From Spirochaetia bacterium (lineage in GTDB: Bacteria > Spirochaetota > Spirochaetia > SZUA-6 > Bin103): a stretch of DNA of 64,000 nt. The stretch spans positions 1,440,001-1,504,000 of the forward strand of contig CBDATQ010000001.1 in NCBI GenBank assembly GCA_965199955.1. The letters are read 5' to 3'. The position numbers and the translations under genes were made by a program. Below the pieces are notes generated by a model. It searched no databases. It worked only from the letters and a program-made list of their open reading frames with translations, and was not told the origin of the DNA. Every line of letters begins with the position of its first letter. Position 1 is the stretch's first letter. Below, piece after piece: positions 40,160 to 51,121 of the stretch.

Positions 40160-41272
40160 TCAGCCAGGGGTCGCCTCCCCGGCGAGCTCCGCCTCCGGGA
40201 CGGCGGACTCGACCACCTCGTTTCCCTCGTAGAGGAAGCAGCGCACCGTGTGGCCGCTGTCGGTGCGGTACAGCGGCGGGAGCTGCGCGTCGCAGGTGCC
40301 GGCGATGAACTCCGCGCAGCGGTTGCTGAACGGACACCCGCGCGGCCGGCTGTAGGGGTCGGGCACCGACCCCTCGATCGCCTCCAGGCGGCTCTTGGGC
40401 TCGACGCCGATACCGGGGATGGAGGCGAGCAGCGCCCGCGTGTAGGGGTGCTTGGGCTCGTCGAAGATGGCCACGACCTCGCCCTGCTCGACGACCGTGC
40501 CCAGGTACATCACCACCACCTCGTCCGCGAGCTCGGCGATGACGCCCATGTTGTGGGTGATGAAGATCATCGACATGCGGTTGGCGTCGTGCAGCGTGCG
40601 CAGCAGGTCGAGCACCTTGGCCTGGATGGTGACGTCGATCGCCGTGGTCGGCTCGTCCGCCATCAGCAGGCGCGGGTTCCCGGCCAGCGCCATGGCGACC
40701 AGCACGCGCTGCCGCATGCCGCCGGACAGCTCGAAGATGTAGGAGTCGATCAGGGTGCGCGGGGAGGGGATGCCGACCTCGGCCAGCAGGTCCACGCAGC
40801 GGTCGCGGCCGGTCTCCTTGGTGAGGCTCTCGTCGTACAGGCAGAGCGCCTCGACGATCTGGCTGCCGACCGTGTGCACGGGGCTGAGCGCGCTCATCGG
40901 CTCCTGGAAGATCATGGCGATCTCCCGGCCGCGGATCGAGCGGAACTCCTCGCTCTGCGGGTCGAGCTGCGCCAGGTCCATGACGCCGGCGGTGTCGCTG
41001 GCCGCGGTGGTGGACGCGCCGTGGAAGCGGATGCTGCCGGCGACGACGCGGCCCGGCGGCGGGATGATGCCGAGGATGGAACGCGCCGCGACCGACTTGC
41101 CGCAGCCGCTCTCGCCGACGATGCCGACGATGCGCTGCTCGGGCACCTGGAACGACAGGCCGTCGACGGCGCGGACCACGCCCAGGTTGGTGAAGAAGTA
41201 GGTGCGCAGCCCGGAGACCTCCAGGAGAGGCTTCCCCGCCGGACCGGCGCCGCGCGCTCCGGAATCGCTCAT
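40160..41272 (-). CDS. ABC ATPase, OppD type
   Basis: [31 protein letters not shown]. Confidence 0.92.
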   Translation of the reverse strand: MSDSGARGAGPAGKPLLEVSGLRTYFFTNLGVVRAVDGLSFQVPEQRIVGIVGESGCGKSVAARSILGIIPPPGRVVAGSIRFHGASTTAASDTAGVMDLAQLDPQSEEFRSIRGREIAMIFQEPMSALSPVHTVGSQIVEALCLYDESLTKETGRDRCVDLLAEVGIPSPRTLIDSYIFELSGGMRQRVLVAMALAGNPRLLMADEPTTAIDVTIQAKVLDLLRTLHDANRMSMIFITHNMGVIAELADEVVVMYLGTVVEQGEVVAIFDEPKHPYTRALLASIPGIGVEPKSRLEAIEGSVPDPYSRPRGCPFSNRCAEFIAGTCDAQLPPLYRTDSGHTVRCFLYEGNEVVESAVPEAELAGEATPG

Positions 41273-42888
41273 GCGTCCGATTCGCGATAGCGGATGTCCG
41301 CCTCCACCTTCTCCACGACGATGCCGTTTCCGTACATGGCGGGACCGTAGGGGGCGCGCTCGCCCGAGGCGATGGAGACGCGGTTCTCGCCGACGATCAG
41401 GTCGGCGGCCGGCAGCTCGAAGGTGATCTCCAGGAGCTTCTGCTCGGGATCCTCGACGTAGGAGGGGATGCTGCCGGCATGCGGTTGCGGCCCGCCGCCG
41501 TAGATCTGCGCGTCCTTGACCGTGGCGTCACGGCCCAGCTCGCGCAGGCGCCGTCCTCCCAGCCACACGTCGATCCGGTCCTGCGGATCGGCGGCCCACA
41601 GGATCACGCGCAGGCGCGCGTCGGCGACCGTGTCGGCCTGGACGTCGCGCCAGACGTAGAGCGGCAAGTGCACGGGCTGTCCGTGGTTGGGGAGCTCCGT
41701 CGGCAGCGGCCGGTCGTGGTTGCAGCAGTAGAAGCAGCCCTCGTCGGTCCAGGGGAAGCCGCCGCGGCGCTCGATGACGTAGGTGGCGTCGCGGCCGGTC
41801 ATGGCGGCCGGCTCGCCGATCAGGAACATGGCCTCGGTGTGCTGGCCGTAGGTGCCGGCCATCACGTCGCCCTGGGAGCCCAGCTGGGTGTAGTGCTCCT
41901 CGGGCGCCGTGGGCCAGTTGAAGACGTTCACGAAGTCCACGCCCTGCGCCCAGAAGTTGGAGAAGGCGCCGAGGAAGACCTCCAGCGACGGGCTGCAGTA
42001 GCCGTCCGTGGAGTGGTGGGCGTCGTGCGTGGCGGCGATCCGGATCGGGGTGCCGGCGGCGATGCTGCGGAAGCCGGCGACGTCGATGGTGAGCGTGCGC
42101 GAGCCGATCACGAAGATGTCGACCAGCAGCTCGCGCGCCCAGGTGGCGACGTCCAGGCCGTCGACCGCGCAGCCGGCCACCGTCTCCGGCACCTTGACGG
42201 CCAGCAGGATCGGCCTGCCGTTCCGCGCCTCCATCTCAAGACTCATCTCCCGCACGCCGCGAATGTAGGCGGTGGCGTCCTCGCGGTGCTGCCACTGGCG
42301 GCCGATCGGCAGGGTGGGCTGGTGGCGGGAGAAGTCGAGCTGCAGGCCGTCGAAGGCGTAGCGGGCCAGCAGCTCGCGGAGCACCGCCACCTTGTGCTCG
42401 CGCAGACCGGGCGAGGACAGGTCATAGAGCCCGTTCCACCACCAGCAGCGCTGCACCCAGTCGGGGTGCTCCTCCTTCAGCCAGTTCCGGCGCGCCGGGT
42501 CGGTGAGCGGCTGGCCGAGCGGCGGCTGCGCCGGGTCGACGGGCGCCACGCGGCTGTTCCAGAACACCTCCAGCCCACGCCGGCGGGTCTCCTCGACCAG
42601 GGTGCCGACGAAGTCCACCCCCTGCTCCCGCCACCGGTTGAGGCCCGGCTCGTCGAGCAGCGGCAGCTTGTCGTTCTCGTAGAGCGCGTAGGCGTCCTCG
42701 CCGTCGCCCACGTCCCAGATGAAGCCGTCGATCTGGTTGCCTTCCAGGTCGGCGTGGTGGAAGCGCAGGTCCACGTACTCCTGCATCGGGATGCCCAGCA
42801 GGTCGATCGGAGTCATCCCGTCCATCTGGTCGAGGATGCGCCGCCGCCGACCTACCGCTGCCAAGTGCGCGTCGCTGAGCCGAATCAT
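41269..42888 (-). CDS. Uncharacterised GHL10-like TIM-barrel protein
   Basis: EEHPDW, RYAFDGLQLDFSRH, GLDVATW, VNVFNW. Confidence 0.6.
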   Translation of the reverse strand: MIRLSDAHLAAVGRRRRILDQMDGMTPIDLLGIPMQEYVDLRFHHADLEGNQIDGFIWDVGDGEDAYALYENDKLPLLDEPGLNRWREQGVDFVGTLVEETRRRGLEVFWNSRVAPVDPAQPPLGQPLTDPARRNWLKEEHPDWVQRCWWWNGLYDLSSPGLREHKVAVLRELLARYAFDGLQLDFSRHQPTLPIGRQWQHREDATAYIRGVREMSLEMEARNGRPILLAVKVPETVAGCAVDGLDVATWARELLVDIFVIGSRTLTIDVAGFRSIAAGTPIRIAATHDAHHSTDGYCSPSLEVFLGAFSNFWAQGVDFVNVFNWPTAPEEHYTQLGSQGDVMAGTYGQHTEAMFLIGEPAAMTGRDATYVIERRGGFPWTDEGCFYCCNHDRPLPTELPNHGQPVHLPLYVWRDVQADTVADARLRVILWAADPQDRIDVWLGGRRLRELGRDATVKDAQIYGGGPQPHAGSIPSYVEDPEQKLLEITFELPAADLIVGENRVSIASGERAPYGPAMYGNGIVVEKVEADIRYRESDA

Positions 42889-42983
42889 GCGTTCAGCGTA
42901 TGGGATTGGCGATGGATCGCAAAGACGCCCGAACGCTGCCTGATCCTCTGCTACCGGGCCGCGGGGGTTATAGTGAGCGGACG

Positions 42984-45419
42984 ATGGCGAACGTGAAGGT
43001 CGTCTACAACGAGCAGCAGAAGGCGCTGGAGCTGCTGCTGCGGACGATCGACCGGCCCGGAGATTACTGTACCGCGGACCGGTTGCTGGCGCCGATGCCG
43101 CGCGTGGCGGTGGACGGGGCCGGTTCGCTTTCCTTTCCGGTCACCGAGGAGCAGGCGCGCGCGCTGGCCTCGGCGGGGGAGCAGGCGCCCTACGGACGGG
43201 GCGAGGAGACGCTGGTGGACAGCTCCGTCCGCGCGTGCCGGCAGATCGACGCGGAGCGCGTGAGCATTACCGGCGGCGCGTGGGACGACACGTTGGACAA
43301 GGTCGTCGATCGGGCGGCAACCGGCCTCGGCTGCCCGCCCGAATTCACGTCGGCGCATCTGTACAAGCTGCTGGTGTACGAGCTGGGCGGGTTCTTCGCT
43401 CCGCACCGGGATACCGAGAAGGTCGTCGGCATGGTCGCGACGCTGGTGGTGTCGCTGCCGGTGGTCGGCGCCGGCGGCGAGCTGGTCATCCGCCACCGGC
43501 AGCGCAGCACGGTCGTCGATCTGCATACCGACGAGCCGTCCGAGCTCGCCTTCGCCGCGTTCTACGCCGACTGCGTCCACGGTAGCCGGCCGGTGACGGC
43601 CGGCTACCGTATCGTGCTGGTCTACCATCTGGTCGTGCGGGGCGCCGCTGCCGCCGTACTGCAGGCCGCGCCTGACTTCGACGCGCAGGAGGAACAGGTC
43701 GCGGACCAGCTCCGGGCGTGGGAAGCGAGCTCGTCGGCGGGCGACAAGCTGGTCTGGCTCCTGGAACACCAGTACAGCCAGGACGGCCTGTCGTTCGACG
43801 TGCTGAAGAACGCCGACTCGGCGCTGGGCCGGGTCCTCGCCCGCGCCGCGCAACGGGCGAATCACGCGCTGTACGCGGCCATCCTCAGCATCTACGAATC
43901 GGGCACCGTCGACGAGGACGGGGACTACTACGACTGGGACGAGGATGCCGACGATTGGGATGATTGGGACGCGCTGGAGGACATCGACTCCACCCGATCG
44001 CTGCTCGGATTGATCGCCGCGGATGGCTCCCGCCCCGACTACGGCGCGTTGCCGCTGCTGCCGGGGGAGTTGCTGCCGTCCGGGGCGCTGGATGACGCCG
44101 AACCGGACGACGAGGACGCTCACGTGACCGGCAACGAAGGGGTGCACGTATCCCGCAGCTATCACCGCGCGGCCCTGGTACTGTGGCCCCAGGCGAGGAC
44201 GCTGGGGACGATCGCCCGCGGCGGCATCGAGCACGCCGTCGCCTGGTTCGAGGATGAGGTGGCGCGGTCGCAGGACGACGCCGCGGCTCGGCGGAACCTG
44301 ACCGGCCTCGCCGCTCAGCTCATCGACACGTGGCCGGCGCCGGACGGCGTTCGCTTCTATCGTCGTGATGACACGGCCGGCGCGCCCCAAGCCTGCCGGG
44401 ACATGCTGCGCCTGCTGCGCCGGCTTGGGGACGAGGCGACGACCCGGCGCTTCCTGTGCGAGGTTGCCACTCCGCACTACAGCGGCGGCGAAACCGACGA
44501 GTTGCTGGCGACGGCGGCGGTCGTCGCGCCGGCTACCTTGCGCGCCTGGCTGCCGCGGTTCACCGAGACGAATCTGCCGCTCGCCCCGGAGGACGTCCTG
44601 CACCTTCTCCGGCGTCTGTGCCCGCAGGACGCCGCGTCCGCCGGTCTGGACCGGCTGCGGCGCCCGGCGCTGGCCGACGCGGCGCGCGCCGTCTGCCGGG
44701 CGCTGCCTGCGGTGGTGGGTGTCGAGGAGCCGGACCCGGACGCCGGCCTCGCGGCCGCACGGCGGCGCGACGTCCGGCCGCTGACCGCGCCGGCAATTAG
44801 CTCCCTGTTCGCGTTCCTCTGGCATTGCGCGCCGCCGGCAGAGGTCGAGGCGATCGCGGCGCTGCTGGTTCAGCACCCGGCAGCGGCGCCGCCGTATCGG
44901 GCCCTGCCGGAGGCGCTGGCGGAACTGGCGAACCTTCGCGGCACGACCGGTGACGCGGTCGAGCCCGCCGGGTTCGTCGCGCTCTGGCACCATGCCGCCG
45001 CCCTCCTGCTGGCGCGCAGCGCGGCGCCGCCGGAGGAACCCGTCGACTGGGTGATCGAGGCCAGCATCCCGCATCACTGCCCGCTGTGCGAACGGCTGCA
45101 AGCCTTCTGTGACTCGCCGGAGGCCACGACGGAGCGGTTCAGGGCGCGGCAGGATCTGCGCCAGCACGTCGAGTCGATGATCTCCCGCCTGACGCTGGAC
45201 ATCGCCTGCAAGACCGAGCGCAAGGGCAGCCCTCACACCCTGATCTGCACCAAGAACCGCGCAACGTTTCGGCGGCGGTGCGAACAGTACGCCGCGGACG
45301 TCGCCCACATGCGGCTGCTGGTCGCCGCTGCCCCCCGGAGCAGCACCGATGGCGGCTGTGCTGAGGATATGCAGCACCTGCGGGAGGCGATTGCGGACGA
45401 GGATGCCTCCGATGCGTAG
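42984..45419 (+). CDS. Large 2OG-Fe(II) oxygenase domain protein with long helical C-terminus
   Basis: APYGRG, LYKLLVY, HRDTEK, FYADCVH, GYRIVLVY, LEHQYS, KGSPHTLICTK. Confidence 0.8.
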   Translation: MANVKVVYNEQQKALELLLRTIDRPGDYCTADRLLAPMPRVAVDGAGSLSFPVTEEQARALASAGEQAPYGRGEETLVDSSVRACRQIDAERVSITGGAWDDTLDKVVDRAATGLGCPPEFTSAHLYKLLVYELGGFFAPHRDTEKVVGMVATLVVSLPVVGAGGELVIRHRQRSTVVDLHTDEPSELAFAAFYADCVHGSRPVTAGYRIVLVYHLVVRGAAAAVLQAAPDFDAQEEQVADQLRAWEASSSAGDKLVWLLEHQYSQDGLSFDVLKNADSALGRVLARAAQRANHALYAAILSIYESGTVDEDGDYYDWDEDADDWDDWDALEDIDSTRSLLGLIAADGSRPDYGALPLLPGELLPSGALDDAEPDDEDAHVTGNEGVHVSRSYHRAALVLWPQARTLGTIARGGIEHAVAWFEDEVARSQDDAAARRNLTGLAAQLIDTWPAPDGVRFYRRDDTAGAPQACRDMLRLLRRLGDEATTRRFLCEVATPHYSGGETDELLATAAVVAPATLRAWLPRFTETNLPLAPEDVLHLLRRLCPQDAASAGLDRLRRPALADAARAVCRALPAVVGVEEPDPDAGLAAARRRDVRPLTAPAISSLFAFLWHCAPPAEVEAIAALLVQHPAAAPPYRALPEALAELANLRGTTGDAVEPAGFVALWHHAAALLLARSAAPPEEPVDWVIEASIPHHCPLCERLQAFCDSPEATTERFRARQDLRQHVESMISRLTLDIACKTERKGSPHTLICTKNRATFRRRCEQYAADVAHMRLLVAAAPRSSTDGGCAEDMQHLREAIADEDASDA

Positions 45420-47022
45420 TTCGGTCAGGCGCAAGTTCAATACGGAAGGCCCCATCCGCGCGGACCGGCACTATCACATTCCGCCGCTGACGCGGATCGA
45501 TCTCGACGACGTGCTCGGCCTCATCCGTGATGAGAAGTACTTCGTGCTGCACGCGCCGCGGCAGACCGGCAAGACCTCGGCGCTGCTGGCGCTGCGCGAC
45601 CTGCTGAACGGCGGCGGCGCCGGCGACTACCGTTGCGTGTACGCGAACGTCGAGGCCGGCCAGGCGATGCGCGAGAACGTGGCGGAGGGCATGCGCACGG
45701 TCCTTGCCCAGGTGGCGTTTCGGGCCAGCGTGACGCTGCACGACGAAACCCTGGAGGACCTCTGGCCCGCCCTCCTGGAGCGCGTCGGGCCGGGGCAGGC
45801 GCTGCACCAGGCGCTGGCGCGCTGGAGCATGGCCGACCCGCGTCCGCTGGTGCTGCTGATCGACGAGATCGACGCGCTGGTGGGAGACACCCTGCTGTCG
45901 GTGCTGCGGCAGCTTCGCGCCGGCTACGACCAGCGCCCGGACGGATTCCCGCACAGCATCGTCCTGTGCGGCGTGCGCGACGTACGCGACTACCGCATCC
46001 ACTCGTCCGCCGAGGACCGGCTGGTGCTCGGCGGCAGCGCCTTCAACATCAAGTCCAGGTCGCTGCGAATGGGCGACTTCTCGGAGCAGGAAGTGCGCAC
46101 GCTGCTGGCTCAGCACACGGCGGCGACGGGTCAAGCGTTCACGGAGGACGCGCTGCGGCTGATCCTGGCACGCACCGCCGGGCAGCCGTGGCTGGTGAAC
46201 GCGCTGTGCCGGGAGGCGTGCTTCGACGACAAGGCAGGCCGCGACCGCTCCCGCCCGATCGCGGAACAGGCGATTCTGGAAGCGCAGGAACGGCTGATCC
46301 TGCGCCGCGACACCCACATCGACGACCTGGCGAACAAGCTGCGGGAAGAGCGCGTGCGGCGCGTGATCGAGCCGATTCTGACCGGCTCCGCCGAAGCCTC
46401 CTGCTCGGCCGAAGACCTCGCCTACGCCCGCGACCTGGGCTTGGTGGCGGACGACGCCGGCGGCCCGCCGCGCATCGCCAACCCGATCTACGCGGAGGTG
46501 GTGCCGCGGCACCTGAACTACGCGGTACAGGAGACGCTGCCGCAGCAGATGGCGTGGTACGTGGACGCCTCGGGCGCCCTGGACGTGACGGGACTGATCG
46601 AGGCGTTCCAGGCGTTCTTCCGGGAGCACTCCGAGCACTGGGTGCAGCGCTTCGAGCAGTACCACGAGGCGGGGCCGCAGTTGCTCCTGCAGGCGCACCT
46701 GCAGCGGGTGGTGAACGGCGGCGGGCGGATCGAGCGGGAGTACGCGCTGGGGCGCGGACGGACGGATCTGCTGATCGTGTGGTCGCAGGGCGGGCGCGAG
46801 CGGCGGTTCGTGGTGGAGTGCAAGGTGCGGCGCGGCGACCTGGAGCGGGCCATCGCCGACGGCATCGAACAGACGCGCTGGTACATCGACCGCTGCGCGG
46901 CGGAGGCGGGCCACCTGATCGTGTTCGACCGGTCGCCGGAGCGAAGCTGGGAGGAGAAGATCTTCCGCCGTGATGCGCCGCCGGGCGCGGGCGCTACTCG
47001 GGTCACCGTCTGGGGCATGTGA
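45412..47022 (+). CDS. AAA-type ATPase with C-terminal PD-(D/E)XK nuclease-like domain
   Basis: FNTEGP, APRQTGKT, LIDEID, NGGGRIEREYALGRGRTDL, VVECK; start overlaps upstream stop. Confidence 0.85.
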   Translation: MRSSVRRKFNTEGPIRADRHYHIPPLTRIDLDDVLGLIRDEKYFVLHAPRQTGKTSALLALRDLLNGGGAGDYRCVYANVEAGQAMRENVAEGMRTVLAQVAFRASVTLHDETLEDLWPALLERVGPGQALHQALARWSMADPRPLVLLIDEIDALVGDTLLSVLRQLRAGYDQRPDGFPHSIVLCGVRDVRDYRIHSSAEDRLVLGGSAFNIKSRSLRMGDFSEQEVRTLLAQHTAATGQAFTEDALRLILARTAGQPWLVNALCREACFDDKAGRDRSRPIAEQAILEAQERLILRRDTHIDDLANKLREERVRRVIEPILTGSAEASCSAEDLAYARDLGLVADDAGGPPRIANPIYAEVVPRHLNYAVQETLPQQMAWYVDASGALDVTGLIEAFQAFFREHSEHWVQRFEQYHEAGPQLLLQAHLQRVVNGGGRIEREYALGRGRTDLLIVWSQGGRERRFVVECKVRRGDLERAIADGIEQTRWYIDRCAAEAGHLIVFDRSPERSWEEKIFRRDAPPGAGATRVTVWGM

Positions 47023-47453
47023 CGCCTACCTGCGCGACCAGGCGACCCGCGAGGTCAAGGAGCGGCTCGCCGAGATCTTCGACCCTGACGAGGGCGGCTG
47101 CTACCAGCGGCTGCTGCCGCTGCCGGCGGTCGACGAGATCGACGTCGGGGCCGAGCGCATCACGCTGATCGTTGCCGAACCGCACGCGGCGGGTCTGCAC
47201 CCGGACCTGCGCACTCTCTACGAGCAGCACACCTACCGCAACCGGCTGTGCTTTCTTACCGGTCAGCGTGCCTTCGATTCGCTGCTCGAAAGCGCCCGCG
47301 AACTCAAGGCGATTAACCCGAAGTTCCAGAGCGTGAATCTCTCGTAACTTCATTGACAGAAAATTAGTTGCAAGGTGATCTGCGTGCTGATTGGCGTCGT
47401 TTCGTGTCCATGCAGATGGTGGTGAATAGCGGCGAGATACATGCTATTTGATC

Positions 47454-47481
47454 TTGACATATCGTGACTTGTGTGTATTCT
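47454..47481 (+). promoter_or_regulatory. Putative sigma70 promoter of the IS1634 transposase
   Basis: TTGACA - 16 bp - TATTCT with a TG extension. Confidence 0.45.
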
Positions 47482-47501
47482 GTTGCCACAGATCAGTAGT
47501 C

Positions 47502-49232
47502 ATGTACATCGAGTCTGTCCCCAACCGCTCCTCTCCCCCTGCCATCCTGCTCCGCGAGTCCTACCGCGAGCACGGCAAGGTCAAGAAGCGCACGCTCGCG
47601 AACCTCTCCAAATGGCCCCCTGATCTGGTCGACGGCTTGCGCACCCTGCTCAAGGGCGGCCACGCCTTCGCCTCGGTCTCGGATGCGTTGCTGCTCACGC
47701 GCTCGCTGCCCCACGGCCACGTCGCCGCCGTGCTGGGCATCCTCAAGCAGCTCGGACTCCATACCCTCATCGCCCGCAAGGCCAGCCGCTCGCGCGAGCT
47801 GATCATCGCCATGATCACCGCCCGCGTCATCGACGCGCAGTCCAAACTGGCCACCGCCCGCGCGCTCTCACCGCCCAGCGCCGTGTCCACCCTGGGCGAG
47901 TCGCTGCGGTTGGGGGAGGTCGATGAGAACGAGCTCTACGAGGCGATGGACTGGTTGGTCGGGCGCCAGGCGGCGATCGAGGACCGCCTGGCCGAACAGC
48001 ACCTCAGCGAGCACACGCTGGTGCTCTACGACGTGAGCTCGACCTACTTCGAGGGCAGCCACTGCGAGCTGGCGCAGTTGGGACACAGCCGTGACGGCAA
48101 GTCGGGCACGCTGCAGATCGTGTTCGGGCTGCTGTGCACCCAGGAAGGCTGTCCGGTGGCGGTGGAGGTATTCCCTGGCTCTACCGCCGACCCGAAGACG
48201 GTGAGCGCGCAGGTGGACAAGATCCGCACCCGCTTCGGACTCACGCGGGTGGTGCTGGTCGGCGACCGCGGGATGCTGAGCGCGGCGAGGATCCGCGAGG
48301 ACCTGCAAGAGGTGGAGGGGCTGCGCTGGATCACCACGCTGCGCGCGCCGACGATCCGCAAGCTGGTGGCCGCCGGCGAGGTGGCGCCGTCGTTGTTCGA
48401 CGAGCGCGACCTGGCCGAGATCACCAGCGAGGAGTTTCCGGGCGAGCGGCTGATCGTGTGCCGCAACCCGTTGCTGGCCGACGAACGGGAGCGCAAGCGC
48501 CAGGAGCTGCTACAGGCCACCGAGCAGAAGCTGGCCCCGATCGCTCAGGCCACCCAGCGCGTCCATCAGCCGCTACGGGGCGAGGCCGAGATCGGCATGC
48601 GGGTCGGCAAGGTGATCAATCACTACAAGGTGGGCAAGCACTTCGTGACCGAGATCACCTCCGAGTCGTTCAGCTTTCGGCGCGATGAGGCCAAGATCGA
48701 CGCCGAGCAGGCGCTGGACGGGCTGTACATCGTGCGCAGCAACGTGGAGCCGCAGGTGCTCGACGCGGCGCAGACGGTGCGCGCCTACAAGGGGCTGTCG
48801 AAGGTGGAGCGGGCGTTTCGGTGCATGAAGTCCGTGGACCTGAAGGTGCGCCCGATTCACCACCGGCGCGCGGATCGAGTGCGGGCGCACGTGCTGCTGT
48901 GCATGCTGGCCTACTACGTGGAGTGGCACATGCGGCGCTCGTTGGCGCCGTTGCTGTTCGACGATCACGATCGACAGGGCGCCGAGCGCAAGCGGGTCTC
49001 CGAGGTGGCTCCGGCGCAGCGATCGGCGGCCGCGGCGGCCAAGGCGTCGAGCAAGCGCACCGAGGACGGGTTGCCGGTGCACAGCTTTCGGACGCTGATC
49101 ACTGAACTGGGCACGCTGACGGCGAACACGATGCAGGTTGCAGAGGGCGGCAGCACGTTCACGCTGCACACGCACCCGACGCCGGTTCAGCAGCGCTGTT
49201 TCGAGCTGCTTGGGGTCACGCCCCGCATGTAG
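47502..49232 (+). CDS. IS1634-family DDE transposase
   Basis: MYIESVPNRSSPPAILLRESYRE, LYDVSSTYFEG, VGDRGM, VERAFR, RVRAHV. Confidence 0.92.
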   Translation: MYIESVPNRSSPPAILLRESYREHGKVKKRTLANLSKWPPDLVDGLRTLLKGGHAFASVSDALLLTRSLPHGHVAAVLGILKQLGLHTLIARKASRSRELIIAMITARVIDAQSKLATARALSPPSAVSTLGESLRLGEVDENELYEAMDWLVGRQAAIEDRLAEQHLSEHTLVLYDVSSTYFEGSHCELAQLGHSRDGKSGTLQIVFGLLCTQEGCPVAVEVFPGSTADPKTVSAQVDKIRTRFGLTRVVLVGDRGMLSAARIREDLQEVEGLRWITTLRAPTIRKLVAAGEVAPSLFDERDLAEITSEEFPGERLIVCRNPLLADERERKRQELLQATEQKLAPIAQATQRVHQPLRGEAEIGMRVGKVINHYKVGKHFVTEITSESFSFRRDEAKIDAEQALDGLYIVRSNVEPQVLDAAQTVRAYKGLSKVERAFRCMKSVDLKVRPIHHRRADRVRAHVLLCMLAYYVEWHMRRSLAPLLFDDHDRQGAERKRVSEVAPAQRSAAAAAKASSKRTEDGLPVHSFRTLITELGTLTANTMQVAEGGSTFTLHTHPTPVQQRCFELLGVTPRM

Positions 49233-49464
49233 CCATGCACAGGAACCTGCACCATTGAGAAACTACCCTGACCACAAGGACTTCAGGCAATTTCGCTCCT
49301 GGAACTTCGGATTAACCAGATCATCGAGGAGATGCACGAGGAAGGCGTGGCCGACGGCGACCCGCAGATGCAGCAGGCGCGCGAGCAGCTCCTGCCGCGG
49401 TTTCTGACGCAGTTCCACAGCGCGACCCGGGAGACCTTCAGTAAGCGACCGGCGAAACCAGGCT

Positions 49465-51088
49465 CTATGAAGCCGGCGGCGGTGGACGCGCAGTCGGCAG
49501 GAGCGAGAGGTAGTCGGCGCGGGTGCGCGCATGCGGCAGCCTCTCGAACAGCTCGCGCAGATACCAGTACGGCTCGCGCCGGTTGGCCTTGGCGGTCTCG
49601 ATCAGGCTGTACAGGATCGCGCTCGCCTTGGCTCCGCGCGGGCTGCCGGAAAACAGCCAGTTCTTGCGGCCCACCACGAACGGGCGGATCGCCTGTTCGC
49701 AGGCGTTGTTGTCCGGGCTCATCTGCGGGTGGTCCAGATAGCGGATCAGCTTCGGCCACTCGCTGAGCGCGAAGGCCACCGCCTTGCCGAGCGCCGAGCC
49801 GGGCAGCACCTGGTCGCGTTTCTCCTGCAGCCAGCCGTGGAACTTCGCCAGCACCGGTTGCACCTGTGCGCGCCGCGCGGCCACGAACCGCTCAGGGTCC
49901 TTATCGCGGTACTTCGACAGTTCCGACTCGGCGCGGTACAGCTTGGCGATGAACCCCAGCGCATGCAGCGCCGCTGCGGCCCGGCTGGACACCTTGCCCA
50001 GCGCGTCGGCGGCCTCCTTGAACGCTCGCCGCACGTGCGCCCAACAGCCCACGTGCACGATGCCGGGCTGCGCACACGGGCGCGCGTAGCCGTCGTACCG
50101 GTCGGTCTGCACGTAGCCCTGGTAGTCGCCGATGATCTGGAAGGCTACCCGCGCGGCGCGGCTGGGCTCATAGCGGTACACCACCACCGGCTCATCAGGC
50201 AGACCGCCGCGCGCCACCCACACGTAGCTCAGGTCGGTGTTGGCGCGGTCCTGCTCCTTGAGCACCTGTACGGTGGTCTCGTCGATCTGCAGGGTCGGTC
50301 CGCAGCGCAGTTTGTCGAGCAGCGCCTCCATCAGCGCCTGGCAGGCTGTGGCGGCAGCGATCATCCAGTCCGACATCGTGCGCCGCGACAGCTCGACGCC
50401 GAGGCGCGCGAACTGCCGCTCCTGGCGGTACAGAGGCAGCGCGTCGCAGAACTTCGCCGTGGCGATAAACGCCAGCAATCCCTCCGAGGCCAGCCCCTCC
50501 GAGGCCAGCCCCTTCGGGATCAGCGCCGCCGGCGGCGGCGCGATCCGCACCGCCGGATGCTCTTCGTCGCCGGAGCCTTCGCAGTGATGACAGGCGTACT
50601 TGGGCCGCACCGTGCGGATCACCCGTACCTGCGGCGGGATCACGTCGAGCTTCTCGCAGGTGTCCTCGCCGATGCGCACCAGGGGGTGGCCACACTCGCA
50701 CTGCTTGTCCTGCTCGGGCAGGTCGATGACCTGCTCGATCCGTGGCAGCGCCTGCGGCAGCGGTCTGCGCCGCGGGCGGCTGCCAGTGCGCGCAAGCACC
50801 TCGGCGGCCGCCTGATCCGCGGACGGCTCATCGTCCGGCGACGGGCTGTCGGCGGAGTGTTCGATCTCATCGAACACTCGAATCTGCAGCCGCTCGGCGG
50901 CGGTGAGCTGTTCGGTACCGCGTCCATACAGCTTGTTCTTGAACCACTCCACCTGTTCTTCGTAGAGATCCAGCTTCTTTGTTCAGCTCCCGAAGTTTCG
51001 CGTCCAGATCGTCCTTTTCCAGGACCAGGCGACGATTCTCTTCGCGTAGCGCATCGCGTTCTTCGGCGACCGCTGGCGCGCTGGACAT
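49465..51088 (-). pseudogene. tnpC: IS66 transposase TnpC, frameshifted
   Basis: PLYRQ, IDETT, CWAHVRR, DNNACEQAIRP, GRKNWLF; extra A near 50980 disconnects the N-terminus. Confidence 0.85.
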
Positions 51089-51121
51089 GTAGATGCCATA
51101 GCACGAAATATGCTGACAGTG

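Larger units (their letters stand above)
47318..49310 (+). mobile_element. IS1634-family insertion sequence, complete
   Basis: Terminal inverted repeats CCGAAGTTCCAG; ATTAAC duplicated at 47312-47317 and 49311-49316. Confidence 0.9.
47021..49440 (+). pseudogene. Internal fragment of a DUF499-type ATPase gene, split by IS1634
   Basis: ...ESARELKAIN | QIIEEMHEEGVADGDPQ...FHSATRETFS reads in frame once the IS and one TSD are removed; family call from recall and context. Confidence 0.6.

Noticed and set aside
50960..50990. Programmed frameshift in IS66 tnpC
   Set aside because: Needs a +1 correction with no clear slippery site, and other lesions show the element is decaying; a sequencing error is also possible
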